In this document: positions 1-12,328 of the stretch, in pieces
Layout of the letters: each line of letters starts with the position of its first letter
How positions within the stretch are numbered: position 1 is the stretch's first letter
From: Haliotis rubra
Taxonomy: Eukaryota
Assembly: GCF_003918875.1 (NCBI RefSeq)
Contig: NW_025767512.1
Span: 1,364,001 to 1,428,000 of the forward strand
Direction of reading: 5' to 3'
Length of the DNA: 64,000 nucleotides
The notes under the pieces: generated by a model
The model's input: the letters and a program-made list of their open reading frames with translations, nothing else
What the model was told of the DNA's origin: nothing
Database searches by the model: none
Translations under genes and position numbers: made by a program

Positions 1-1284
1 TTTCCCTCAGTATATGTTCTGTAAAACCGGATTAGCCCAAAGGCTATCCTTGCAAGAGACCAAGTGGTTGAGGCGATCGCCCGTAGCGCCAAAGGTCCGG
101 GTTCGATTCCTCGTACGATACAATATGTTAAACCTGTTTCTGGTGTCACATGGCATGATGCTTCGGATAAAAAAAATAAAACAAAACTCACACCAACCAA
201 TGCACACATATAAGTGATAGCTCAGTTGCACCAAATGATGTGAAGACAGGTTGACGATATTGTTTTTTGAAGATGTTTACGAAAACATTTTAAAGTCTGT
301 ATTGAAATATATACACCACCATATCAAGATAGTTTCAATGATATAATACGCGTATCTGCATCCGTGTATCACTACATACTGGGTACCAGGGTGACCAGTT
401 GCCTATGAAACAGAAAGTTTGTGCAGAGTTACTTCCCTTGGGTGTGTCATGATCCTAAGATTATGTGTTAGATTCTCCCTGATTATCATCCATGGTTTGC
501 CGCTCTATACCAACGTAGAAGACTGGAACCACTTTAGGTATACCGCATACATATCACTATTAAACTGACAAGCCTTGATTTAAAAAATAAAATATAAAGC
601 TAAAACACACATGCACATTCACACTAAACCCTTGACCTGGAGATCACAAAGCCCAAACTAAACACATGTCTTGTTTAATTAGTGTAAGAAGCGCTCGTAC
701 AATAAGCCATACATCCGCGGTGAATCATGTAGGCACTCAAACGTCTTGATTCTAAACCTGTACCACTGGTGGTGGGTGGTTGTAGATGAAGAAAAGAGGT
801 AGTTGCAGCTGTCGCGATAGTCGTGTTGAAGTCACAATCATCCATAGGAATGAAAGGAATACATTTTGTAAAAACAACATTTATTAGGTAGCGTCTCCAT
901 GTTCTATTATTTAAACGAATCTAATTTTCCACTCCTTACAGAATTCAATCAATATTAAACTCGGGGGATATTGATTCGGGAGCTGATAACAAGAATTCCT
1001 TTATTATACAGTCCATTTTTTTTAAGCACTGCATATGTTTTATTCTGCTAACACAAGACGAGGCGAAATGCACCCAACGTTAACAGATTTACAAGATTAC
1101 ATTCTCCCGTGTTCCTGTAAGTCAAAGCTATCTTATTCACAAATCAGCTATTGAAAATCTTACGATCTAGCACCCTTATTTTTAAGAGACCGTGCGTTTA
1201 ATTCACCACATTGTCACAAGTCCTATTGACGGTGACAACAACGGCTAGATATCAGAATACATATCTTTCGCGTCCCCAAATCCC

Positions 1285-1641
1285 GTCGATCACGTGACTG
1301 CATCGATCTATTGATATCCACCGAGGCCTGACGTCCCATTGATTTTTATCAAAGGAAATTTCGAGCATTGAGAAACACTACTGACACTTCGTTGGCGTGG
1401 GTATCGTGTAATGCTCCGAGGGTATTCGTCGTAAATGAAGTATTTAACTATCACAATGCTTGTATTTACCTCGACACTCTGACATACCTGTAATCAACCG
1501 ACACATCTATACCGACGTTGTTTACCTGGGAGACGGGCAACGGGTGCCCGTGTTTCTGTTACTGATCTCTACTGAAGTCTTACAAATGTTGCACAAATCG
1601 ACGCGGATTTCATAGATATCGGAAAACAAAAAATGGTGAGT
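1285..1641 (+). promoter_or_regulatory. CpG-richer promoter-like segment ending in ATG|GTGAGT (possible alternative first exon)
   Basis: TCACGTGA E-box near 1290, TGACGT near 1329, aaaaATG at 1633-1635 directly followed by consensus donor GTGAGT, with an in-frame stop upstream. Confidence 0.35.
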
Positions 1642-2286
1642 TTATAAAACATTTTCCTATTGAATATTCTGATGTATCGATACATAATTAACTTGGAATA
1701 TGACCTTCACTATTTCAAACAATAAATAGCAATTGCTAACAGACGTGTCAGCGGATTATATACAACAGAAAATGTTATTGGTAACGGAATAATACTTTCT
1801 TTCAAACACAAATATATTTAGGAAATATTTTGCTCATGTATATTTATTTTAAAATATGATAATTTACAGTTTGGTAAAACTTATCCAAACTGACAAACAG
1901 CTATTTCAAAGAGTTTTACAATATAATATTTAAAACTATTGTTAATAATGAAATTTATCTACATTTATTAATATTAAGTGTGATGTCATGTATATATCAT
2001 TTTTTGCAAAACACCTATTGCGTGTATGTATACAAAGAAACATCTTAGGGCAGCGGAATCAGAAGACAGATAAGGAAGTAGACCGATAGTGAGGAAGTGG
2101 AATAAAGATTTGAAATGCTAGACGTAGGTACGGGTCTTCGTTGTGTTAACTTCATTATACGTTACGGCACCTCTGGATCCGTTATCAGATACTTTCCCTA
2201 CCCAAATTTTACAAAAGTTAAATAACTAATATTATAAAATGGCAACAGATTACGTTATGCTGCCATGTATCCATTCAGCGAATTCA

Positions 2287-2449
2287 GGGACGGTGGGGTA
2301 GCCTAGTGGTTAAAGCGTACGCTCGTCACGCCGAAGACCCGGGTTCGATTCCCTACATGGGTACAACGCGTGAAGCCCATTTCTGGTGTCCCCAGGCGTG
2401 ATATTGCTGAAATATTGCTAAAAGCGTCGTAAAACTAAACTCACTCACT
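2287..2449 (+). mobile_element. Family A tRNA-derived SINE (about 165 bp), representative copy; others at about 5283+, 6263+, 9940-, 13166+, 13397+, 22408+, 25061+, 25484-, 30275+, 32249-, 39762-, 41998-, 43752-, 44297-, 47566-
   Basis: Box A TAGCCTAGTGG, tRNA-Asp-like GTCACGCCGAAGACCCGGGTTCGATTCCC with box B, (ACTC)n tail, TSD cagcgaattca. Confidence 0.92.
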
Positions 2450-2642
2450 CAGCGAATTCAAGTGAACCAACAGGTGATGTCAGACTCGTTCCACAAATGT
2501 CAAATTTGCAATAAACATCACCATTATTTATCGTTTAAATTGCATTTCCGGTTCTGCTGGAATTGTTATATCTGTAGAGATTATGATAATCAGTTCCAAG
2601 ATACATAAACATATTCTCGAATATAACATAAAGTTAATGCTG

Positions 2643-2656
2643 GTTTCCATAGAAAC
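2643..2656. promoter_or_regulatory. RFX X-box (GTTTCCATAGAAAC), candidate ciliary/testis promoter element
   Basis: Near-palindromic match to the X-box consensus just upstream of the candidate TEX36 first exon. Confidence 0.55.
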
Positions 2657-2737
2657 AGAATGTCGTGACAAGAACAGCGTGCATTCCTGCATGTGTCAGT
2701 CAACAGTGACGTGACAAGGTGCATTTATAAACTACAT

Positions 2738-2785
2738 ATGCCTCAAGTTGCTATTGACACGACAGGAAGAAGAAGAAAGGTGTGG
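2738..2785 (+). CDS. TEX36: Probable first coding exon of the TEX36-like gene (MPQVAIDTTGRRRKVW)
   Basis: ATG at 2738, about 80 nt after an RFX X-box. Ends TGG|GTGTGT in phase 0 and joins the next exon as W|YRHRG, resembling vertebrate TEX36 DGRW|FPHIG. Donor is weak; ATG|GTGAGT at 1633 is an alternative. Confidence 0.45.
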
Positions 2786-3061
2786 GTGTGTTACTGCAGG
2801 GTGAGAACACGTGCAGGTAACAAAGCGATATGTGTAAATGGGACGTTTGCGAAGCCCATAATCGTGATCGAATAGTTGAAAGCGTCATAAATGTGTCAAC
2901 ATCATTAAAACGAGATGTGCGTAAGTCTGTTTGTGTTTTAATGTTCAAATATCCATGTACCTGAAATTTGTCCCCGTGGCCAAGAAAAATCCTCGATACT
3001 TTTGTTCGACTCGCTCTCACATTTGAAGGAACGTGGGAGTGTGGTCACGAGAGTCACTATC

Positions 3062-4832
3062 TTTAGGATAATGCTTTTCTGATATATCCTTTACATGTTT
3101 CGGATAATTCATTTCTGATATATCCTTTATATCCGTAGGATAATACATTTCTGATATATCCTTTACATGTTTGGGATAATGCATTTTTGATATATCCCTT
3201 TTATCCGTAGGATACTGCGTTTCTGATATATCCTTTACATGTTTGGGATAATGCATTTCTGATATATCCCTTATATCCGTAGGATACTGCGTTTCTGATA
3301 TATCCTTTACATGTTTCGGATAATGCATTTCTGATATATCCTTTATATCCGTAAGATAATACTATTTCTGATATATCCTTTACATGTTTGGGATAGTGCA
3401 TTTCTGATATATCCTTTACATGTTTGGGATAGTGCATTTCTGATATATCCCTTATATCCATAGTATACTGCGTTTCTGATATATCCTTTACATGTTTGGG
3501 ATACTGCGTTTCTGATATATCCCTTTTATCCGTAGGATACTGCGTTTCTGATATATCCTTTACATGTTTGGGATAATGCATTTCTGATATATCCCTTATA
3601 TCCGTAGGATACTGCGTTTCTGATATATCCTTTACATGTTTGGGATAATGCATTTCTGATATATCCCTTACTCCGTATATACTGCGTTTCTGATATATCC
3701 TTTACATGTTTCATGATATATCCCTTATATCCGTTGGATACTGCGTTTCTGATATATCCTTTACATGTTTGGGATAGTGCATATATGCCCTTATTTTGAT
3801 ATATCCTTTATATCATTTCGTTGTAGGATACTGCGTTTCTGATATATCCTTTACATGTTTGGGATAATGCATTTCTGATATATCCCTTATATCCGTTGGA
3901 TACTGCGTTTCTGATATATCCTTTACATGTTTGGGATAGTGCATTTTGATATATCCCTTATATCCGTAGGATACTGCGTTTCTGATATATCCCTTTACAT
4001 GTTTGGATAGTGCATTTTGATATATCCCTTATATCCGTATGATACTGCATTTCTGATATATCCCTTATATCCGTTGGATACTGCGTTTCTGATATATCCT
4101 TTACATGTTTGGGATAATGCATTTTTGATATATCCCTTATATCCGTTGGATACTGCGTTTCTGATATATCCTTTACATGTTTGGGATAATGCATTTTTGA
4201 TATATCCCTTATATCCGTTGGATACTGCGTTTCTGATATATCCTTTACATGTTTGGGATAGTGCATTTCTGACAGATCCTTTAAATGTTGGGATAGTGCA
4301 TTTCTGATATATCCTTTATATGCTTGGGATAATTCTTTTCTGATATATCCTTTATATCCGTTGGATACTGCGTTTCTGATATATCCTTTACATGTTTGAG
4401 ATAGTGCATTTCTGACAGATCCTTTACATGTTCGGATAGTGCATTTCTGATATATCCTTTATATGCTTGGGATAATTCTTTTCTGATATATCCTTTATAT
4501 CCGTAGGATAATGCATTTCTGATATATCCTTTGCATGTTTGGGATAGTGAATTTCTTATATATCCTTTATATCCGTAGGATAATGCATTTCTGACATAAC
4601 CTTTATATCCGTTGGATAATGCATTTCTGATAGATCCTTTGCATGTTTGGGATAGTGCATTTCTTATATATCCTTTATATCCGTAGGATAATGCATTTCT
4701 GACATAACCTTTATATCCGTTGGATAATGCATTTCTGATAGATCCTTTGCATGTTTGGATATAGTGCATTTCTGATATATCCTCTATATGTTTGGGATGC
4801 TCTCTCTGATATATCCTCTATATGTTTGGGAT
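3062..4832. repeat. 36-bp minisatellite with 72-bp and 108-bp higher-order structure
   Basis: Alternating units ataatgcatttctgatatatcctttacatgtttggg and atactgcgtttctgatatatcccttatatccgtagg; ends in (CT)n(CA)n. Confidence 0.95.
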
Positions 4833-4833
4833 G

Positions 4834-4872
<39 letters not shown>

Positions 4873-5081
4873 ACGCCTACCTCTGGGTCCACCTTTAGGC
4901 ATCCATTTTGTAATTTGTTGAGACAGAACCATATCATCGTGTGTTCGGATGCCAAATTACCGGATCACACTATTTTATGTTTCCATGTTTATCGGCGCAG
5001 TACCTAACCACCACTAAACATCATTTAAATATATAATACACCTCTCCCTCACTGAAATCCCTAATTTTTGCGTTCTCTGGC

Positions 5082-5124
<43 letters not shown>

Positions 5125-5728
5125 CCGTCACTGTACCCTTGCGTGTTTTCGCTGTACTACAACGCTGTACACGTCCCTGTGAAGAGTTGCCTCCCTTAGT
5201 CCTGCCAGTATCAGATGAACATAGGTTCGAATCCAAGAATCGCCCTCAGAAATACACCTATCCCGTCTCTGATGAAGGAAATGGGACTGTGGGGTAGCCC
5301 AATGGTTCAAGCGTTCGCTCACATGGTTACAATGTGTGAAGCAAATTTTCTGGTGTCCCCCGCCGTGATATTTCTGGAATATTGCTAAAAGCGGTGTAAA
5401 ACTAAACTCACTCACTCACTGATGAATGAAATGATTTACGACATCTAAGGTCGTAACTGTGGCAGTCAACACAAAGCCTCAAGTATTCCGCTTGACCTAC
5501 AGGTATAAACTTTACAGTGCTGGAAGACTAATTGTGTTTGTTGACGGTTTATGTGTTGTGTACAATAAACACTACAACGTGCATGTAATCGATCTGTGGC
5601 GGCCGATCTTTCCACAGCACTGCCAAAGGGGATTCAGGAAAAAGATATTTTTCATTGCACAGATTGCGACCTTTTCATTGTAAATAGGTTTCGGAGCTAC
5701 ACTGTGGCCCGTCATCACGTTGCAGCAA

Positions 5729-5971
5729 ACCCACGAAGATCCGGGTTAGAATTGATCTTCAGCAACCATGCTTGTCGTAAGAGGCGACTAACGGGATCGG
5801 GTGGTCAGGCTCGCTGACTTGGTTGACACATGTCATCGGTTCCCATTTGCGTAGATCGATGCTCATGCTGTTGATCACTGGATTGTCTGGTCTAGACTCG
5901 ATTATTTACAGACCGCCGCCATATAACTGGAATATTGCTAAGTGCGGCGTAAAACTAAAGTCACTCACTCA
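5729..5971 (+). mobile_element. Family B SINE (about 240 bp, Meta-domain-like core), representative copy; others at about 10719+, 11870+, 28812+, 33730+, 36394+, 40720+, 41500-, 43585+, 45895-, 46655-, 47855-, 48650-, 59434+
   Basis: Core CATGCTTGTCGTAAGAGGCGACTAA; 3' tail ctggaatattgct...gcggcgtaaaactaa shared with family A; TSD cacgttgcagca. Confidence 0.88.
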
Positions 5972-6657
5972 CGTTGCAGCACCTTATGATTGGACAAGAC
6001 GTGGCACTGTAACATAACGTTGTTTTCGAAATTGTTCACACTTAAAAAATATGAACAACGAAATGTAATACAACACAAAATGGCGGTCGATCAAACCTGA
6101 CCTTTTCTTACAGCCAATGTCATATTCATTATTTTCTGATGGATTTTAAGCAGGTCTCGATCACGATCCATTTTAATTGTCTTTCTGTTTGGGTTTTAAG
6201 AAACACTACTTGAAACCGCTTTGAATATACATCACATTTGGGTTCTAAGTTCTAAGTTTGATGGGCGGTGGGGTAGTCTAGTGGTTAAAGCGTTCGCTCG
6301 TCACGCCGAAGACCCGGTTCGATTCCCCACATGGGTACAATGTGTGAAGCCCATTTCTGGTGTCCCCGCAGTGATATTGCTGTGGAATATTGCTAAAAGC
6401 GTCGTAAAACTAAACTCACTCACTCACTCGATATCAGTTTGATTCAACGACAGTTCTTCTCGGAAGGTCCGGGTTAGAATTGGTATTTAGCAATCCAATT
6501 GGGTTTGCTCAGGTTCGTTGAATTAGCTGATACATGTCATTCGATCCCATCCTTCCACCCTCGTATCTTCACAGACCCCGAAAATATTACTGACTTAAGA
6601 CCACATTGAAGATTTTATTTTGCGTTGGCGGATCCAATGGGGGGGTGGGGGGTAGGG

Positions 6658-6693
<36 letters not shown>

Positions 6694-8425
6694 AGGTTTC
6701 GAAAATCCCTGGACCCCCCCACCCGAAAATGACTTAAGACCAAAAGATTTTATTTTGCTGGATCCGCCCCACCCCCTCAAAATTCCTGGATCCGTCCATG
6801 CATCGTATGGCATCGCAAAATCCAATACACAATCCTTATACGAAAATGGTTACATTTAATGTTGACAATCACTGACAGCATTCGGCCCAATATTTATTGG
6901 AAATGTCGAGTACAAATAGTACCTTATCGTTACGGCTGTCTAAAGAGTGATTTATGATCCTAACAGACAAACAGATTTTAGGATTGAGTTCGTTCAACAA
7001 CCGCAGGTGTATTCCCTCAGGCGATTCAATTCCGACTCGAATAAATCACATAACGTATATTGATATGCGCGGTTTTATGACAACCAAAGGGGAGTAATTG
7101 CTTTGAGTTGAAATTTATACATTGAAGTTTGAAGGACTAACAGGTAAGAAAGTCTATCGCCTTCGTTTTAGTTTATGGCCGACCTTTGTTACAAATGGAT
7201 TTATGTATCGGGTTACGTGTGAATAGAGAAGAAAGAGCATTTACGGCGATAACCTTTGTCAGCTTTGAGCAGTTTCAGAAGGACGGGAGAAAAGGGATAT
7301 ACATGTGTATGTGGCTCGGGAAATTTGCAATACAAAACGAGCACAGATTTGTTTAGAATTGTATGGCAAATAGCCGTTGTAAATATATGTACAATGCTAC
7401 GGATTTGTTTACACGTGGACATGGTAAGCATCTGTTGTGACGATGGTGTGTATAGACAGGCTGTTTATAGATATTTTGAAATAAAACACTTATCAAAAGA
7501 ACGGCTCTGTTGGAGCATTCCGGATCGCTCGGATATTTCCGTTACCGACATAATACCTGACAACGATAGAGTATCGGTGTCGTCTGAATTGTCTATAAAC
7601 CCACACAAGCCGACAGTTCACATATATACTACTCAAATTAGTTAAGGAACACTCATTCCTTCATACCATGAGTGTAGCGATATGGAAGTGATCCTTAACT
7701 TCTTTTTGGTAGTGTGGCTCGTACGGCATGACGGCCACTTTGAGACTTTTCAAGCCTAAATTATGGATAAATATTATGGATATATATTTTTATATAAAAT
7801 TAACATAACACAACGACTACTCAGGCACCGTGTTGTATTGCGTTCACCACGTGACCTAGTGAAACTAGTTAATGGTGATCATGCTGTTGATCACTGGATA
7901 GCTGGAATATTGCTGAGTGCGGCGTTAAACAACAAACAAATATAATGGTGAGTGACATAGTTTGGTTTTACGCTGCTTTGAGCAATATTCCAGCAATATC
8001 ATCGGGAAACTAGCTAATAAAGCACCAATGAGACCTATAGGGTTCAGGTGAGACGAGTGTCTCCATTGGAGACGATCTCAAAGTCAAGTCGGTAAGAGTA
8101 AAGCATCTGATTGATTGATACTACGTTTATTAAACCGACTTATTGATCATGGGCGTAATATTGCCACGGTGAGTCTATTTTACCTTGACGTACTGATTAT
8201 GATTACAGCAGCCATTAATCATTAGAACCGATAAGATGGTTCACTGTTATCAAAAGTAATTCTATGTGCAGAGTTGCTTCCCCTGGACGTGCCGGAAACC
8301 TGTGATAGTGGATTCGAATTCCTGTTTCGCTCTGATTATGTTTGTGTTTACTTTATCTATGAGTGTGCATATATATCGTGCTAAACGCTTACGATCTGCT
8401 TCAAGATTTCCTCAACAACATGCCA

Positions 8426-8780
8426 CGTGTATGGTACTGACACGTTCAGGTGTATGCTACTGAGATGTGCAGGTGTATGGTACTGACATGTTCAGGTGTA
8501 TGGTACTGACATGTTCAGGTGTATGGTACTGACATGTTCAGGTGTATGGTACTGACATGTTCAGGTGTATGGTACTGACATGTTCAGGTGTATGGTACTG
8601 ACATGTTCAGGTGTATGGTACTGACATGTTCAGGTGTATGGTACTGACATGTTCAGGTGTATGGTACTGACATGTTCAGGTGTATGGTACTGACATGTTC
8701 AGGTGTATGGTCCTGACATTTCAGATGTATGGTCCTGACATGTTCAGGTGTATAGTACGGACACGTGCAAGTGTATGGTC
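8426..8780. repeat. 23-bp minisatellite (ggtactgacatgttcaggtgtat)n
   Basis: About 10 perfect central units with degenerate flanks. Confidence 0.95.
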
Positions 8781-11700
8781 TCATTCCTTAAAATCATATT
8801 GCTTGAACTTATTCTTTAGATTTTACTATGTGGCTTCCTATGAGGCCATTACATCCAGATGCATGTCCTCTATACTTATATGTCCCGTTGGGATTCAGAG
8901 GCAGAATGGTACTACATGTTTCCAGGTTGACTGCTGTCATCATTTCATGAAGGTCGTACCTGATGCCTCCAGTACTGACATGTGCGGATGCAGAATAATT
9001 TGTCTGAGCCCATCATTTCAAAGGTCGTACCTGATGCTCCATACCCCTGGCCCAGATTCAATTACTCACACCCCGCTGTGATAAACTTAGCGGCATTAAA
9101 CAATATTCATTCAGTCCACTTCATGTCCTCGTTGCCACTTATCAATATATCTGTAATGCCACAACCTAATATGCAGCGATGTTTATTGATTAAATATCTA
9201 ACTGCGCGGACCGGAGTTAAGCTATCTGACACGAATATCATCCCAATAAAACGGTGTATTTATCGAACAGTCTAAGCATACGATACCAGGATTACCGGAC
9301 CGTGAGTCAAGTAACTGCTGAAATATTTATCGACCTACAAAAAAGGTGTAACCTGTACTTGCCTAGTTACAGAGTACGCAGTCATTGTCAGGATATTGAT
9401 TAAACCCATTAGAGACTGACTGCGAGGGAGAAGCTGACGTTTGATGTTAGGTATGTATGTTTTCCTCAATGTTCTTTTCAATACACTTTTACATACGTTT
9501 AGACAACGAAGATATCGGACCGTTTTGAAATATCACGCATTTGTGAAATCGATGCCGCGTATCAATCGACGCTTTGTGATCAGGTATACATGTAAGTTAT
9601 GCAAACAAGTTATTGATAATAAGAAATCCTCAGATCATGGTTTAGCAGTAACTAAGATCTGATTTCAGGAAGATTAGACAAACAAAGATCCATGTTAGTT
9701 TATACCATAATCTGCTATCTGAAATTTACTTATAGAAGTGTTTAATTTACGAGCAAAGTTCGTCTACAAACACCCTTTGCTCATTTCAGAGATTAAACAT
9801 TAATTATATATTGAAGGTCGTTAAGTTTTAGGGTCGCTTTATTATTTGTAATAACAACCTTTCTTACAAAAATCAACAAAACAGATGTACTGACAGATGA
9901 ACTGCAAACCATATTTGTAAACATCTCTGAAGTTAAACTGAGATTGGTTTTAAGCCGCTTTTAGCAATATTCCAGCAACATGAACTGGGCTTCACACATT
10001 GTACCATATGGGGATTCGAAAACATCTTCTGCCAAGCTTTAAACTACCCCACCGCCCCCTGAAGTTAAACAGTGAAAAATATGATGCACCTTCACTTTAT
10101 GGAACGTGATCCGTTGGTTCGATAATGTTCGTGATCGACTGAATTGGAAAACGTGACAGCACATGGCTGCATTGGGGTACAGACAAATGTAGTTGAAAAT
10201 ACTACACTGACGTACAAAAGAAAGTTTACCTGTTTTCGGAGATCTTTTCCACAGACAACAAAAATAAAAAAGACAACGGAAATGTTAAACCGAAATGTTT
10301 TGTTTGTGAATTTACATTAAAAACCACTGTGTACGTGTTTCCCAAACACCCCAGATATCGTGAAAATAATCCCAAAGAACCAAGTGCGTACTTTCTTTTG
10401 TTTGTCGGTATATTTACATATTCCTGTAGCGATGGGGTCCGTGTACAGTTCCGCTAGGTTACAGCATGGAGTCGATAGCATGTGATATATGTTTGCTTTA
10501 TGTAGCTAGACATACAAAAGAAGCACCGTGTACCAGGTTAGCACATTCTGTTAGTACTTGTGTACTGGTCTAACCCAAGCGAGGCTAAGGGTAGCTCATG
10601 CTGGTCTGGACAATGAGGCTTGCTGCAGTATCTGAAAATGAAAGAAAACTCTGGGCTCATTTTAAATCAATTTTTCTTAAAATTAATTTAGGAACTGTTT
10701 TGTTTCTCTCTTTCAAATGACCCGTGAAGATCCGGGTTAGAATAATGATCTTCAGTAACCAATGCTTGTCGTAGAAGGCGACTAACGGGATCGGGTGGTC
10801 AGGCTCTCTGACTTGGTTGACACATGTCATCGGTTCCCAAATACGCAGATCGATGCTCACTGGATTGTCTGGTCCAGGCTCGATTATTTACAGACCGCCG
10901 CCATATAGCTGGAATATTGCTGAGTGCGGCGTAAAACTAAACTCACTCTTTCAAATGCGTCAGTTTCTGAGAATAGATATTAGCCTAGGCGAAGGGTAAC
11001 AACTTCCTGTTTTCGTTCCCGGACTAACTTTTGTATGTCCAATGTCACCCAATGCGAATGAATTTGGATAAAGCCATACATGAACAATACTAATTAACGA
11101 GGGGTATGATTACACAGCTGGTTCAGGATGGCTGACAGTCGGTGTACAATACAACGGGGATTATTGGGATAAGCGTATTATAAATAATGGCAATTACGTC
11201 ATTCCTGACATGGCATTCCTACATGTTAAGTAGCCTTTGGACTTCAATGTCTATTCACACAACGATTGTCCCAAATCGGTCGCCATGACGAAAGTAGCCC
11301 TCTTACGCTGAGATAAGTACACGTGTGTTACACTCAGGAACATCGACAGGACAGATGTGTTGAGTTAGGACATGAGAAACAAATCCATTAACCAGCCTGG
11401 TTCCATGGGTTTGCTGCGCAGACGCATAGTGGCGTCAGCAGTGAAGCGCCAGCACAGCATACCCAGAGAACCAGTCTGACAAACAAACCGTAAAAAGCAT
11501 TAGCTCGAAGCGCTCGTAAAATATTAAGAAACTAAGTATTGAAGAGAGCAGCAAATGGAATCAGCTTGTGGTTGGTATACGGGGTATCAACGAACCTTCA
11601 AATGCTCTTTCACTTTTATTTCTTGATACGGATGTAGAAATGATATTAGAGTGTACCCTCTTGGTATTCCGTGCATGATAAATACGTGTATGGTGTGAGA

Positions 11701-12181
11701 AATGGAAAATACATGTATGGTGTGAGAAATATGAAATACATGCTAGTTGTTTGAGAGGTCATGCACTTTGACTTAGTTGATACATATGTCATCGTATTCA
11801 AACTGTTTAGACCGATGATCATGTTGTTATTTACTGAATTATCTGGTCCAGATCCGATTATTTACAGATAGAAGCCCGTAAAATTGGTCCGCCCTAACCC
11901 ATGATCGTCGACTAAAGGCATCGTTTGTCAGGCCCGCCGACTTGGTTCACATCTGTCATTGTATCCCAATTCCTCAATCAATGCTCATGCTGTCAATCAC
12001 TGGATTGTCTGGTTACAGACCACCGTGATATACATGTAGTTGCTGAATGCAGCGTTAAACAAAAAAACAAATAGATCGCCTTCACACAGACACAAATAGA
12101 TCATCTTAGATGGATCTGCCATACAAATAGGGGTGCACCTGACGTTAATGCCTCCCATCAAAGTTTCTTTGTCTGTTACAG

Positions 12182-12328
12182 TATCGCCATCGAGGCTTGG
12201 AGCCAGGTGTGGCGGATATGCAGAGAGCGGCGGCAACAAGTACAGGGGCCATGCTTGTCGGGCCGTTCATGGACGACAACGAATTCATACCACAACCCCC
12301 GCCTCCTCCATTCAACGTGAAGAAAGAC
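12182..12328 (+). CDS. TEX36: TEX36-like internal exon (YRHRGLEPGVADMQRAAATSTGAMLVGPFMDDNEFIPQPPPPPFNVKKD)
   Basis: Acceptor tttctttgtctgttacag|, donor |gtgagt, 147 nt open, phase 0/0, in frame with the HDNR exon. Confidence 0.75.

Noticed and set aside
758-845. Minus-strand exon MDDCDFNTTIATAATTSFLHLQPPTTSGT
   Set aside because: Weak donor, no recognisable family, and no partner exon visible.
2287-2360. tRNA-Asp genes (here and at similar heads)
   Set aside because: They continue into a shared SINE body and tail with TSDs, and lack a proper acceptor stem.
3062-4832. CRISPR-like array of 36-bp repeats
   Set aside because: No unique spacers, units are contiguous, there are no cas genes, and the context is eukaryotic; it is a minisatellite.
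11555-11600. MESACGW as TEX36 first exon
   Set aside because: The nearby GT donors are phase 2 and incompatible with the phase-0 exon at 12182.
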